Shown: one piece after another, positions 45,185 to 59,113 of the stretch
Layout of the letters: each line of letters begins with the position of its first letter
Numbering within the stretch: the stretch's first letter is position 1
Assembly: GCA_030390025.1 (NCBI GenBank)
Contig: CM059432.1
Span: 99,946,001 to 100,010,000 of the forward strand
Reading direction: 5' to 3'
Origin: Squalus acanthias
Taxonomy: Eukaryota
Length of the DNA stretch: 64,000 nucleotides
Notes under the pieces: generated by a model
Told to the model about the DNA's origin: nothing
What the model saw: the letters and a program-made list of their open reading frames with translations, nothing else
Databases searched by the model: none
Position numbers and translations under genes: made by a program

Positions 45185-45497
45185 GTAAGTGTGACTTTGA
45201 TGAGAGCCTTTTCAGTGCTGTGGCAAGGGCGGAAAGCTGATTGGAGGGATGCAAACATGGAGTTGCGGGCAAGATGGGCACGGATTTGGGTGGTGACAAC
45301 ATGTTCAAGACTTTAGAGAGGAAAGGGAGGTTGGAGAAGGGGCGGTAGTTTGCAAGGACGGAGGGGTCAATGTTTGGATTTTTGAGGAGAGGGCTGATGA
45401 CAGCAGATTTGAGGGAGAGGGGGACAGTACCTGAGGAGAGAGACATTAACAATGTCAGCTAACATGGGAGCCAGAAAAGGAAGTTGGGTGGCACAGA
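45185..45497 (-). mobile_element. L2 RT fragment
   Basis: SLSSGTVPLSLKSAVISPLLK...ANYRPFSNLPFLSKVL. Confidence 0.8.
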
Positions 45498-45899
45498 AAT
45501 TGCTTGTGAAATTTATGTATGATTCAATTTTCCACCACAAAGCCTGAATTGAAAGTACAAATCTCATGTTACAAGTGGTTTTCCTAACTTAGTCAATTAT
45601 ATGCATGCATACAATTTTTAGTTGACTAAGGTCAGAATCCTGTCCTGGACAAAGTCTTGACAACATGAAGTGCCAGTATAGGGTACATAATATACAGAAA
45701 CAAATTGACGAGATGAAATTATTCTCTAAATATCTATTTTTTAAATTCTATTGCACCAAAAGATATACTAAATTCTTACAGCTTTTGTTATGTAAGTCAG
45801 TGTTACATTCCGTCAACAGTAAAACACATTTCTGACACTTATAATGACTGTCGTACTTCACCGCTGTACATAATTGTTTCAAGCTTAATTTGCATAACA

Positions 45900-46260
45900 T
45901 CAAGGCTGCCTGGGAGGATCCAGCCACAACGAAATTCAAGGCAATAGTGAACTTGACTGGTGCAGACAATGTTGATCTGTTGAAGTGGGCTGCAGATCTT
46001 CAGGCGGCAGATGACATATTTCCCCAATAACTTCCAGGGGAAGCACAACCCTCTGAAGCACCGACAGTCAGAAAAGTTGAAATAAGACCTTCTTGGTCTG
46101 TAGACCCTAGTGAGTGTGTATGAGTGTGCAGGGATAAAATGCCTTCTATGATGCTTGACTATAAGAGCCTCTAACCTAGCTTCTTCCATAGCCTCATCGT
46201 CTTTTCCATTATAGCATAAGAATAGAGATATTCCCATTGGCAACCCTATGTCCCCAATGC
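45900..46260 (-). pseudogene. Old Harbinger transposase N-terminal fragment
   Basis: RVYRPRRSYFNFSD.RCFRGLCF and SAPVKFTIALNFVVAGSSQ. Confidence 0.6.
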
Positions 46261-46487
46261 AATGCAATAGTTAGAGCAGAGCTAAGTAAAACTAACAGCG
46301 AATGACCTGACTGAAATACTAAACAGATCTATATGCAGGCAAAGTAATATCAACCTTCAGTGGTAGCACACAAAATGGCCTCCTCAATTTAGTATCTGCC
46401 TCAGGGACACCTTCTTGGGACATGTGGGAGAAATGGGTTATCTACACACCCATGGCATGATATATATCAGGCTCCCGATGGATCTTG

Positions 46488-49280
46488 AAGTGTAATTGAT
46501 TATCACATGGTTTGTCACATGGTTTAGTATGCGCATGCTCAGTTTGCTCTGACCTAATAAAGCAAGCACATGGACTAGCAACTCATCATGTTTCTATCCT
46601 TCATTTGTTGTACACACATACATTATATTTTGGTGATGAGGATGGGATCCCAAAGCCATTTTTAGGGATCATGGAAGGACACAGTGTGCAACCTTCGAGT
46701 GGACAAGCTTAATGTGAATTTGTGACACCTAAACTGAATTTTTGTGATGTTTTACCGTTAATGCTGATGCAGAATCATCTGTGCTTCACCTTCGCGTGTA
46801 TGTATACACAGCAACAGCGGTGTTGATTCTCACAGGTACACAGGTAGCGTGCTGAGTCTCTGTTTAACGGATTGGGACAATCATGGCCGCGCCTATGGGA
46901 TTCATCGGAAGCCTCGGCACATGTGACCGAGCTCGCGAATCATTCAGTTCTTACATTGAGCGGATGGAGGTGTTTTTTAGTGCCAATACCATTATTGAGA
47001 CTGAAGGTGCAGATGAGAATGTTAAAACTCAAAATAAAGTAATTCGTGAATGGAAGAAAGCAATTTTCCTAACGGAGATCAGGCCAGATGTCTATGGAAC
47101 GTTGAGAAACCTACTCGCGCCAGGGAAAGGGAAGGATGCGGCGTTTGAAGACATTGTCGAAAAACTCGAGGACCATTTTGACCCAATGCTGTTAGAAATA
47201 GCAGAGAGCTATAAGTTTGGTAGCAGAAACCAAAAACAAAGTAAAACCATCAGTGAGTACATTGTAGCTCTTAAGAACCTGTCTTTGCATTGTAACTTGG
47301 GCACATTTTTGAATCGTGTGTTGTGAGATAAGTTTGTGTGTGGACTTGTGGATGAGCGCACACAGTTCAAGTTACTGAACACTCTGAACCTAACATTTGA
47401 CATCGCATGCAAAATTGCCCTACCTATGGAGATCGCATCTAAGAATGCTAGGGAGCTCCGTCCAACTCAAGTGACTAGTGCAGCTGAGGTCTACAGTCAG
47501 AAAGCCACCACCAAATCTAAAGCTGTGAGACCGAGTCAAAAGCATGTCGGTGAGAGCAGTTCAGTGAAATGTTATCGCTGCAATGGAAATCACTCACCAC
47601 AGTCCTGCCAATATAGAAATGTAGAAATGCAAAGTATTTTCACTACCAGAAGCAAGGCCATATTTCAACAGGTGCAGAGCTAGATCTAAAGCAGGAAGTA
47701 AGAACCATTCTAGTGGCAATGAAAGCAGTGACAACAAAAGGGAGGAGTTCACAATATTGAAGTGAATACACCTGATGTTGAAGAACTAGGCATCTACAGT
47801 ATCTATGCCACTAGCGGCAACGCAAGCAGTCGTGAGAAAGACTTCCAGACAAATCTTTTGATCAATGACCAATATATTAATATGTGTATCAACACGGCGG
47901 CGGACTGCTCTATCATGAGTAAGGACACATATGAGAGTAAGTTTAATCAAATATCACTTACAAAGAGTACCATAGAGTTAAAAACCTATTCCGGAGAAAT
48001 CCTAGAGACATGTGGACAAATGGAATGTACAGTTCAACACAATGGCCAGTCAGTAAAGCTGCCTATTATTGTAGCAAGCTACAACAACAGGCCAACTCTC
48101 ATGGGCAAAGACTAGTTGAGAAAGTTAAAACTAGACTGGAAAAACATCTTCAGTGTAGATGCTTGAAAAAAGCGACTCTACACAATGCTGAACAAGTATG
48201 AAAGCATGTTCACAGACAGTTATGAGGGCATCACTGGGTATGACGCGCATATCCACATCAATGTCTATTGTAAGGCAAGGCCGGTCCCCTATGCGTTGAA
48301 AATTCAGGTGGAGGAAGAACTAGTGAAGCTCAGAGAGAACGGAGTGCTCGTAAAAACTGACAAAAGTGAATGGCCAATTGTGGTAGAGCCCAAAGCAGAC
48401 AAAACTGTACGCTTGTGCGGTGACTACAAAGTTACTGTCAACCAAGCAGTTGACGATGAGCAGTACCCGTTACCTACATCCCAAGATTTGTATGCAGCAC
48501 TCTCTGGGTCAAAGGTTTTCCCCAAGCTTGACCTGTCGCATGCTTACACTCAGCTAAATGTTGACAAAGAGAGTCAACAGTATCTCACCATCAACACACA
48601 CAAGGGACTGTATTCATGCACCAAGCTGCCGTATGGTGTAAAGTCCTCCCCAAAAATCTTCCAGGCTGCAATGGATAAGATTTTGCAAGGAGTTCAAAAA
48701 TGTTTATGCAATCAAGACGATGTGCTGATGACAACAAGCAGTGAGAAAGAAAATTTAAAAGTGTTAGCTATAGTGTTTCAAAGGTTGAATGCTCACAATG
48801 TCAAATTGAAAAGGAGCAAATGTACTTTTGTGCAGCCTGAGGTTGTGTACCTTGGTCTGAAAGTTGATGCAAATGGCTTGCAACCAGTGAAGGAAAAGGT
48901 TGATGCTGTCAGCAATGCTCCAAAGCCACAGAACGTGTCTGAGTTAAGATCTTTCCTTGGAATGGTCCAGTACTATTCACGTTTCTTACCTGAATTAGCG
49001 ACCATGCACGAGCTCCTCAAGAAGGATGTCCAATGAAAGAGGATGAAAGCGCAACAGGAAGCTTACGACGCTTGTAAGAGAAGTCACTATGGCGAGTGCT
49101 TCCTTTTTAATTTGCGCGTAGTTTCTTTTGCTCGTTTGCTCTTTGTGAGAGTTTGCGATGCGAACGCGATTGGTTTCTCTTGGCCGTCATCCATTACGTG
49201 GCTTATGACAGCTCCCATGCCGTAGCTGGAAGCATCACACGCTAACTTAAGCTCACGCTCTGTGTCATAGTGCACAAGTC
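46488..49280 (+). mobile_element. Decayed Ty3/Gypsy (Mag-like) LTR retrotransposon, 3'-truncated
   Basis: Short LTR ~46488-46627 with AATAAA; PBS TGGTGATGAGGATGGGAT (46631, tRNA-Ser(GCU)-like with CpG decay); gag (CYRCNGNH...C), protease, RT (RLCGDYK, KLDLSHAY, LPYG) with stops and frameshifts. Confidence 0.88.
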
Positions 49281-49497
49281 CTGGCCAATATTTATCCCTC
49301 AATCAACATAACAAAAACAGATTATCTGGTCATTAGCATATTGCTGTTTCTGGGAGCTTGCTGTGTGCAAATTGGCTGCCGCGTTTCCCACATTACAACA
49401 GTGACTATACTCCAAAAGTACTTCATTGGCTGTAAAGTGCTTTGAGACGTCCGGAGGTCATGAAAGCCATTATATAAATGCAAGTCTTTCTTTTTCT
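49281..49497 (+). mobile_element. SINE 3' half (SacSINE1-like)
   Basis: Reverse-complement match to 14545-14755. Confidence 0.8.
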
Positions 49498-49607
49498 TTT
49501 ACATTTATTACAAAAGGGATCGGATGCTTTTTTAGGAGCATAATTCAGGTACAGTTTTTCAGCAGTGTATTCGAGACAGTAGCCTATAAGAACCCATTGT
49601 TCTCAGT

Positions 49608-50036
49608 TTTTTAAAATTCTTTCATGGGATGTGGGCATCGCTGGCAAGGCCAGCATTTATTGCCCATCCCTATTTGCACTTGAGAAGGTGGTGGTGAGCC
49701 GCCTTCTTGAACCGCTGCAGTCCGTGTGGTGAGGGTACTCCCAAAGTGCTGTTAGGGAGGGAGTTCTAGGATTTTGACCCAGCGACGATGAAGGATCAGC
49801 GATATATTTCCAAGTCAGGATGGTGTGTGACTTGGAGGGGAACTTGAAGGTGGTGGTGTTCCCATGTGTCTGCTGCCTTTGTCCTTCTAAGTGGAAGAGG
49901 TCGCGGGTTTTGGAGGTGCTGCTGAAGAAGCCTTGGCAAATTACTGCAGTGCATCTTGTAGATGGTACACACTGCAGCCACGGTACGCCGGTGGTGGAGG
50001 GAGTGAATATTTAAGGTGGTGGATGGGGTGCCAATC
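49608..50036 (-). mobile_element. LINE family A 3' end
   Basis: Matches 2096-2523 and 54010-54428. Confidence 0.88.
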
Positions 50037-50158
50037 CCAAATGCTGAATGGAGAGTAAAAATCCTTGATTTCTACTTGGAGAGATGGATATTTTCACTTA
50101 TTGAAGACCTTTTTAAAGAGGTTTCTAATTTTTGACTTTTCCATCGTCCATACCCCAA

Positions 50159-50554
50159 GGGGGAAAAATTGGGTTGATTTGTGCCTCTCGTTAGCGGCCC
50201 CGGGGTGCACTAACGAGGCACAAATCCCGTAGCGCCCGGGCACGGCACCGCTAACACCTCCCACGAAATTCAGCGGGAGGTTAGTGGCGGCGGTAGCTGG
50301 TAGCGTCCCGTGGCGCTGCGCTGCAGGCAATGACGTCATCGCCATGTGCAGCGCCCCACTTGCGCCTCAGCCGCAAACTTCAACTTGTGCCCCCTGACCT
50401 ATCACCGGACGATACATTTCCAGTAGCGCCCCACCTCCTGCTTGGGGCTCTACTACTGAATTTACGGCGGAGGGGTGCTAGCTTTTTTGGAGCACTATAA
50501 TTAGCGCCCCAGCGACATTTGGGCCCCAAAAGGGGCACCACCCGATTTTCCCCA
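50159..50554. mobile_element. Harbinger-type MITE
   Basis: TIRs GGGGGAAAAATTGGG / CCCGATTTTCCCCA; TSD CAA on both sides; GCGCC-rich subterminal motifs as in 18410-20197. Confidence 0.75.
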
Positions 50555-51169
50555 CAAGTTCTTTAAAATTACATTCTGAAAACCACATATTTAGATTACG
50601 TCCCATTCCATTCAAGTTTTCTCCACAAGCAGAAAAAGGATTGTTTTCACTTGAAGAATGTAAGTAAAATTTATATTCTATAACTTTGGCTGCAAATTTT
50701 TGAAATTTTTAAGGATCTTTGAGAACTCAGATGAATCTACAGCGATTCAATTAACATTAAAGTTTAACAGTCTGCCAAATTATTGTGTAACCTGTACCAA
50801 TATCTTATTACTCCACTTTGCATGCTTGCTCTTGAGTTATTCACAGCACAAATTTATGGATATCTAGATATGGAGGAAGCCCAGTTGGAGCCCAGTGTAC
50901 ACAGGATTTCCCTGTTTTGAATATCTGGCTAAGGCCCTGGAGTCCACCAGAGTTACCATATAGTTAATAATGCAGAAGTCTTCAGCAAGATTTCATGGGG
51001 GACAAAAAGAGAACAAACAAAAAGTACATGCTGTTCTTTCACCTCTGAGGCTTACTTTGGAATACAACCTGGATTGATGAGATGAAAAAATTTCTCTGCT
51101 GCAGATAAAGTCCCATGTTCCGACAAGTTTTGTAAAGGCAAATGTAATACAACTATTTACTTATCAGGA

Positions 51170-54100
51170 ATGGTAGCATAGTGGTAGTAATCCCGAGGCC
51201 TGGACTAATGATCCAGAGACGTGACTTCAAATCCCACCACGGCAGCTGGGGAATTTAAATTCAGTTAATTGAATAAATCTGGAATAAAAAGCTAGTATCA
51301 GTAATGGTGACCATGAAACTATCGGATTGTCGTAAAAACCCATCTGGTTCAATAATGTCCTTCAGGGAAGGAAATCTGCCATCCTTACCTGGTTTGGCCT
51401 ATATGTGACTCCAGACCCACAGCAATGTGGTTGACTTTTAACTGCCCTCTGAAATGGCCGAGCAAGCCACTCAGTTATAACAAACCGCTACAAAACACAA
51501 TAATAAGAATGAAACTGGAAGGACCATCCGGCATCGATCTCGGCACCAGCTATGGCCATGGGAATGGCACACCCAGCCCAGTCGACCCTGCAAAGTCCTC
51601 CTCACCAACATCTGGGGACTTGTTTGGAGAGCTGTCCCACAGACGAGTCAAGCAACAGCCTGACATAGTCATACTCACAGAATCATACCTTTTAGCCAAT
51701 GTCCCAAACTCATCCATCACCATCCATGGTTATGTCCTGTCCCACCAGCAGGACAGACCCACCAGGGGTGGCGGCACAGTGGTATACAGTCGGGAAGGAG
51801 TGGCCCTGGGAGTCCTCAACATTGACTCCGGACCCCATGAAGTCTCATGGCTTTAGGGCAAGCATGGGTAAGGAAACTTCCTGCTGATTACCACCTACCG
51901 CCCTCCCTCAGCTGATGAATCAGTACTCCTCCATGTTGAACACCACTTGGAAGAAGCACTGAGAGTAGCAAGGGCACAGAATGTACTCTGGGTGGAGGAC
52001 TTCAATGTCCATTACCAAGAGTGGCTCGGTAGTACCACTACTGACTGAGCAGGCCAAGTCCTGAAGGACATAGCTGCCAGTCTGGGCCTGCGACAGGTGG
52101 TGAGAGAACCAACATGAGGGAAAAACCTACTTGACCTCGTCATCACCAAGCTACCTTGTCGCAGATGCATCTGTCCATGACAGTATTGGTAGCAATGTCA
52201 TTGGGGAGACGAAGTCCCGTCTTCACACTGAGGACACCCTCCATCGTGTTGTGTGGCACTACCACCGTGCTAAATGGGATGGATTCAGAAGAGATCAAGC
52301 AGCTCAAAACTGGGCATCCATGAGGCGCTGTGGGCCATCAGCAGCAGCAGAATTGTATTCCACCACAATCTGTAACCTCATGGCCCGGCAGATCCCGCAC
52401 TCTACCATTACTATCAAGGCAGGTGACCAACACTGGCTCAATAAGGAGTGTAGAAGAGCATGCCAGGAGCAGTACCAGGCGTACCTAAAAATGAGATGCC
52501 AACCTGGGGAAGCTGCAACACCGGACTTACATGCATGCTAAAAAGCAGAAGCAGCATGCTATAGAGAGGGCTAAGTGATCCCACAATCAACGGATCAGAT
52601 CAAAGCTCTGCAGTCCTGCCACATCCAGTCGTAAATGGTGGTGGACCATTAAACAACTAACGGGAGAAGGAGGCTCCATGAATATCCCCATCCTCAATGA
52701 TGGTGGAGCCCAGCATGTGAGTGCAAAAGACAAGGCTGAAGCGTTTGCAACCATCTTCAGCCAGAAGTGCCGAGTGGATGATCCATATCGGCCTACTCCT
52801 GAGGTCCCCACCATCACAGAAGCCAGTCTTCAGACAATTCGATTCACTCCACATGATATCAAGAAACGGCTGAGCGCACTGGATACAGCAAAGGCTATGG
52901 GCCCCGACAACATCCCGGCTATCGTGCTGAAGACTTGTGCTCCAGAACTAGCCGCGACTCTAGCCAAGCTGTTCCAGTACAGCTATAACACTGGCATCTA
53001 TCCGACAATGTGGAAAACTGCCCATGTATGTCCTGTCCACAAAAATCAAGACCAATCCAATCCGGCCAATTATTGCCCCATCAGTCTACTCTAAATCATC
53101 AGCAAAGTGATGGAAGGTGTCATCAACAGTGCTATCAAGCGGCACTTACTCACCAATAACCTGCTCACTGATGCCCAGTTTGGGTTCCGCCAAGACCATT
53201 TGACTCCCGACCTCATTACAGCCTTGGTTCAAACGTGGACAAAGGAGCTGAATTCCAGAGGTGAGGAGAGAGTGACTGCCCTTGACATCAAGGTAGCATT
53301 TGACTGAGTGTGGCATCAAGGAGTCCTAGTAAAACTGAAGTCAATGGGAATCGGGGGGAAAATTCTCCACTGGATGAAGTCATACCTAGCACAAAGGAAG
53401 ATGGTTGTGGTGGTTGAAGGTCAATCATCACAGCCCAGGACATCGCTGTAGGAGTTCCTCAGGGCAGTGTCCTTGGCGCAACCACCTTCAGCTGCTTCAT
53501 CAAAGAACTTCCCTCCAACATAAGGTCAGAAATGGGGATGTTCGCTGATGACTGCACAGTGTTCAGTGCTATTCACAACTCCTCAGATAATGAAGCAGTC
53601 CATGCCCGCATGCAACAAGACCTGGACGATGTTCAGGCTTGGGCTGATAAGTGGCAGGTAACATTCGTGCCACAGAAGTGCCAGGCATTGACTACCTCCA
53701 ACAAGCGAGAGTCTAACCACCACCCCTTGACATTCAACGGCATTAGCATCGTCGAATTCCCCTCCATCAACATCCTGGGGGTCACCATTGACCAGAAACT
53801 AAACTGGACCAGCCACATAAATACTGTGGCTACAAGAGCAAGTCAGTGGCTGGGTATTCTGTGGTAAGCGTCTCACCTTCTGACTCACCACCATCTACAA
53901 GGCATAAGTCAGAAGTGTGATGGAATACTCTCCACTTGCCTGGATGAGTGCCTCTCCAGCAACACTGAAGAAGCTCAACACCATCCAGGACAAAGCAGCC
54001 CGCTTGATTGGCACCCCATCCACCACCTTAAACATTCACTCCCTCCACCACTGGTGTACCGTGGCTGCAGTGTGTACCATCTACAAATGGCACTGCAGCA

Positions 54101-54428
54101 ACTCGCCAAGGCTTCTTCAGCAGCACCTCCCAAACCCATGATCTCTTCCACCTAGAAGGCAGCAGGCGCATGGGAACACCACCACCTCCAAGTTCCCCTC
54201 CAAGTCACACACCATCCTGACTTAGAAGTATATCGCCGATCCTTCATCGACGCTGGGTCAAAATCCTGGAACTCCCTACCTAACAGCACTGTGGGAGTAC
54301 CTTCACCACACGGACTGCAGCAGTTCAACAATGCGGCTCACCACCACCTTCTCAAGGGCAATTAGGGATGGGCAATAAATGCTGGTCTTGCCAGTGACGC
54401 CCACATCCCATAAACGAATTTTAAAAAA
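51170..54428 (+). mobile_element. Near full-length LINE family A copy (single APE-RT ORF, degraded)
   Basis: 5'UTR, then PDIVILTES...YRPPS...DFN APE and RT (QFGFR, GVPQGS, FADD) fragments, 3' tail GGGCAATAAATGCTGG...ACATCCC. Confidence 0.9.
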
Positions 54429-54523
54429 TCTTGGGAAGGGCGATAGCACAGCCGTTGCCTGCATGCGTCGGAAGAAATCAAATGAGGCAGGTTGTGACGT
54501 CAATCACCATGTAACACTGATTT

Positions 54524-57500
54524 ACACAGGATTACATAGGATATACGCCACAGAAACAGACTAATCGGCCCAACCAGTCCATGCCGGTGTTTATGCTCTG
54601 CTCGAGCCTCCTCCCGTCTTTCCTCATCTAACTCTTTCAGCATAACCCCCTATTCCCTTCTCCGTCATATGCTTATCTAGCCTCCCCTTAATTGCATCTA
54701 TACTATTTGCCTCAACTACTCCCTGTGGTAGCAAGTTCCACATTCTCGCCACCCTCTGCATAAGGAAGTTTCTTCAGAATTCCCTATTTGATTTGTTGTG
54801 ACTATCTTATTTTGATGGCATCTAGTTATGCTTTTCCCCACAAGTGGAAACACTCTCTCTGTATCCACTCTATCAAAACTTTTCACAATTTTAAAGACCT
54901 CTATTAGGTCACCCCTCAGCCTTCTTTTTTCAAGCGAAAGAGACCCAGCCTGTTCATCCTTTCCTGATAGGTATATCCTCGCATTTCTGGTATCATCCTT
55001 GTAAATCCTTGTACCCTCTCCAGTGCCTCTATATCCTTTCTATAATATGGTGACCAGAATTGTACGCAGTACTCCAAGTGTGGTCTAACTAAGGTTGGAT
55101 ACAAATTTAGCATAACTTCACTACTTTTCAGTTCTATCCCTCTAGAAATAAACCCTAGTGCTTGGTTTGCCTTTTTTATGGCCTTGTTAACCTGTGTCGC
55201 TACTTTTAGTGATTTGTGTATTTGTACTCAGAGATCCCTTTGCTCCTCCACCCCACCCAGACTCACACCATCCAAGTAATAAGTGACCTCCCTATTTTTC
55301 CTACCAAAATGTAATACCTCACATTTATCTGTGTTGAAATTCATTTGCCAATTATATGTCCATTCTGCAAGTTTTTTAATGTCCTCCTGTAATGTGTTGC
55401 ATTCCTCCTCAGTAATGACTATACCCCCTAATTTGGTGTCATCCGTAAATTTAGAAATTGTGTTTTTGATTCCAAAGTCTAAATCATTAATATAACAGCA
55501 CTGATCCTTGTGGAACACCACTACCCACTTTCTGCCACTGTGATTAGCTATCCTTTACCCCTATTCTCTGCTTTCTGTCTTGAAGCCAGCTAGCTATTCA
55601 ATCTGCTACTTGTCTCCTGACCTTATTCATTTGTCTATTATGTGGTACCTTATCGAAGGCCTTTTGAAAATCTAGTTACATTACATCTACTGCATTACCC
55701 TTGTCTACTCTCTCTGTTACCTCTTCAAAAAATTCAATGAGTTTGGTCAAGCAAGACTATCCCTTTTGAAATCCATGCTGACTATTCATTATTATATTTT
55801 TGGCTTCTAGATGTTCTTCTATTTTCTCCTTTAATAGGGATTCCATTATTTTTCCTACCACCAATGTTAAGCTGACTGGTCGATAGTTCCCTGGACACGT
55901 TCTATCCCCCATCTTAAATATAGGTATTATATTAGTTATCTGCCAGTCCTCTGGCACTACACCTTTTTAATGAATTATTAAATATGTGTAGTAATGCCTC
56001 TACTTTCTCTTCCCTAGATTCTTTTAAAATGCATTTAGGGTTAGGGTTAGGGTTAGGGTTAGGGTTAGGTAATCCGTCTGGATCAGGGTGTTTTCCTCTT
56101 TGAGTTTGATTAGTTTATTTAATATATCTCCTCCTTTTATTTTAAATCCATTTATTTCATTACTAATATCATGATCCAATAGTCCACCTATTCTATCTCC
56201 CTGGTAAATACTGAAGCAAAATAATTATTTAATATTTCTGCCATCTTTCTATCATTGCCTATGGTATTATTCTGACTATCCCTTAATGGCCCTATTACCA
56301 TCCCAAACTTCCTTTTTTTATTTATGTGCCTATAAAATATTTTACTATTTTGTTTTATGTTCCTTGATAATTTAATTTCATAGTTCCTCTTTGCCTTCCC
56401 AATTGTTTTTTTTGACTTCTCTCCTAATCTCTTCATATTCTCCTTTATCATGCTCTCCCCTGCTGTCCACATACTTAATGTATGTCTCTTTCCTTACCCT
56501 CAATTTTCCCCTTATGGCTTTATTTATCCATTGTGTCCCATTCGATTTTTTTTTAAGCAGAATGTCTTTTTCCTGCACTTTGTTGAACACCATTTTAAAT
56601 GTTTCCCATTGCTGTTCTACGTCATTGTTTGCTAATATTTATGCCCATTTTATTTTCCCAAGTTCTATTCTCCGCCCCTCAAAATCAGCTTTTCTCCAAT
56701 CTATTACCCTAGTCTTTGTCACACTTATGTCCTTCTCAATTATTACCGTAAAGCGTATTATATTATGGTCACTATTGCCAAGATGTTCCCCTACTTTTAC
56801 TTCTGCTCTGGTTCATTCCCCATTACTAGATCCAATAGAGAATCCTTCCTTGTTGGGCTTTTTACATATTGGGTTAGAAAGGAGTCCTGTACACATTGTA
56901 GGAACTGCATTCCCTTATCCCCTTTACCTACCTCTTCTGTCCAATTAATATCGGGGTAGTTAAAATCCCCCATTATTATTATTCTATGATTTTTACTAAT
57001 TTCCCTAATTTGTTTGTATATTTCTTCCTCCACCCCCCTTCGACTATTGGGTGGTCTGTAGACTACCCCTATTAGTGTGATTGATCCTTTATTGTCTTTT
57101 ATCTCTATCCACATGAATTCTGTTTCTGTCTTGCTGATAGCTGCGTCACTTTTTTCTACTGCCATTTATGTTATCCCTAATAAGTACACCTACTCCACCT
57201 CCCCTTTTTCCTTCTCTATCTTTTCTAAAAATGTTTAGTTCCCAGTCATGATTTTTCTGTAGCCATGTCTCAGTAATCCCTACTATGTCTGGTTCCTTGC
57301 AACGCATGAATGCCTCCAGCTGTCCTGTTTCATCACGGACACTGTGTGCTTTGCTGTACAGACAGTTTAACACATTTTTAATAGCAGTTCCTTTCACTTT
57401 ATTTTTAACCATCGTTTTACTCTCCTGTTCTATTACTCTATTTATCCCCTGGCCATCAATGTCCTCCCTTACTTTACTCTTTCCTATGCTCTCCTTTCCT

Positions 57501-57960
57501 GTTTTGTTTATATTTAGGCTGGTTTCATTTCTTGTAGATCCCTCCCCCCATTTTACTAGTTTAAAGCCTTTGTCACCTCTCTATTTACCTTTTACACTAG
57601 GACACGGGTCGCATCCCGGTTCAAGTGGAGCCTGTCCCATCAGTACAGCTCCTTCCTGTCCCAGTACTGGTGCCAGTGTCCAATAAAAAGGAACCTCTCC
57701 TTCCCACTTTAGCCACGTGTTGATTCTCCTGATCTGTCTGCTTCTATGCCAATTTGCACATGGTTTGGGCAATAATCCAGAGATTATTACCCTCGAGGTC
57801 CTGCTTTTCAATTTAGCTCCGAACTCCTGATATTCCTTCAGCAGGACCTCCTCCCTGTTCCTACCTATGTTGTTTGTTCTGACATGGACCACGACAACTG
57901 GATTTACCCCCTCCCTTTCCAAATTCCTCTCCAGCTGCCTTGCGATATCCCTTACCCTGA
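54524..57960 (-). mobile_element. CR1 LINE with ORF1 (SGNH esterase-like) and ORF2 (APE-RT), degraded
   Basis: ORF1 VVVHVRTNNIG...RVIISGLLP; ORF2 PDIVGITETW, GVVYRPP, GDFNYP, NYRPVSLT, KFTDD, RPHLEYCVQFW. Confidence 0.92.
56035..56069 (+). repeat. Interstitial telomeric repeat (TTAGGG)5TTAGG
   Basis: Perfect vertebrate telomere hexamers inside CR1 ORF2. Confidence 0.95.
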
Positions 57961-58349
57961 TGCACAACATGCCATTTTGGATGTCGCCGCTCCACTGCTT
58001 GCCCTTTCCTAAACACACACAGCTGAACATGCAGTCAGCTGCACGACGAACCCCGCACCAGCGTTACTTTGAGGCAAGTTGCTTTTTGCTTTTATACTGG
58101 TTTCTGTACAGTTTATTTGATTAGTGCCTTGGTGTAAGACATTAAAAAATTTGGGAAAGCATGCAGGGAGTGCAGGAAGTGCTGCAGGATGTTGGGAAGG
58201 TGTTGGCTCTTAAAGGAAGGCCACTGAGTACACCATTTGCTCCCAGTCATGGGGGCTCCTTCTCGCGCTGCATCATTACAGGGAGATGGAGCAGAGGCAG
58301 CAAAAACAAGCTGCTCACAGATGGAGGAGGAGGAGGGGGAGGAGGGCAC

Positions 58350-59113
58350 TGCAAGATTCTAAAAACTGTAATAAAACCGCTGCTACCATGTGGAGATCGA
58401 AGTTCAGAATGAATTGTGAAATGGTTACGGACGGACTCAAAATGTAGGAGGTCAGCATGTGTTCTTTGTTTGAGAAGATACAAAATGGCGGAAGTCAGCA
58501 GGGGGTCCTTTGCCTGGTGGTCAGCATGGTCCTTTGTTTGTAAGACCACATGGACAGGAAGGAGAAACATGAGTGACGAGGAAGTCCCGCCCCCACACAC
58601 CTCACAGGAACATCAACGTGTCATGTGGAAGGAACTCCAATCAGGGAAGGTTTGGAGTGAAACTGACCTATCAGAGGGAGGCAGATGGTGATATACGAGT
58701 GGGGCCGGCAGAAAGGCCCTATAAAAGAAGTGACCCAGAGGTGGGAAATTTAGAAAGAAGAAGGAAGAACAGACGAACAAAGAAAGCTGGCCAGTCTATG
58801 TTTGCAACTTACGACTTTTCTGGATGGATCAGCCAGAGATAAAGGAGTATGTATAAAAGTAGTCGAACATAGAGCTTAGATATTGTTAAAGGGTACTTTT
58901 ATGTACGGTTAACTTGGGATAAGTTGCTGGGGAGGTACTTTTATATACGGTAAATTGGAAGCATATTGATTGCGAGAGAATGCTTCTATGCAAACTTGAA
59001 TTTTGAACTATAGTGTGAATAAAGACCAATTTTATTGATCACATACTTATTTGTCATTGTTACGCTTATTTGTAATTCTTGAGGTCCAAACACTAGTAAG
59101 AGAAAGGCTTACA
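58350..59113 (+). mobile_element. Solo LTR (764 bp) inserted in Harbinger transposase
   Basis: Termini TGCAAG...CTTACA; 5-bp TSD GGCAC (58345-58349, 59114-59118); TATAAAA ~58720 and AATAAA ~59018. Confidence 0.85.

Noticed and set aside
50600..51160. Isolated splice-donor-like motifs as host exons
   Set aside because: No convincing acceptor/ORF pair or recognisable protein
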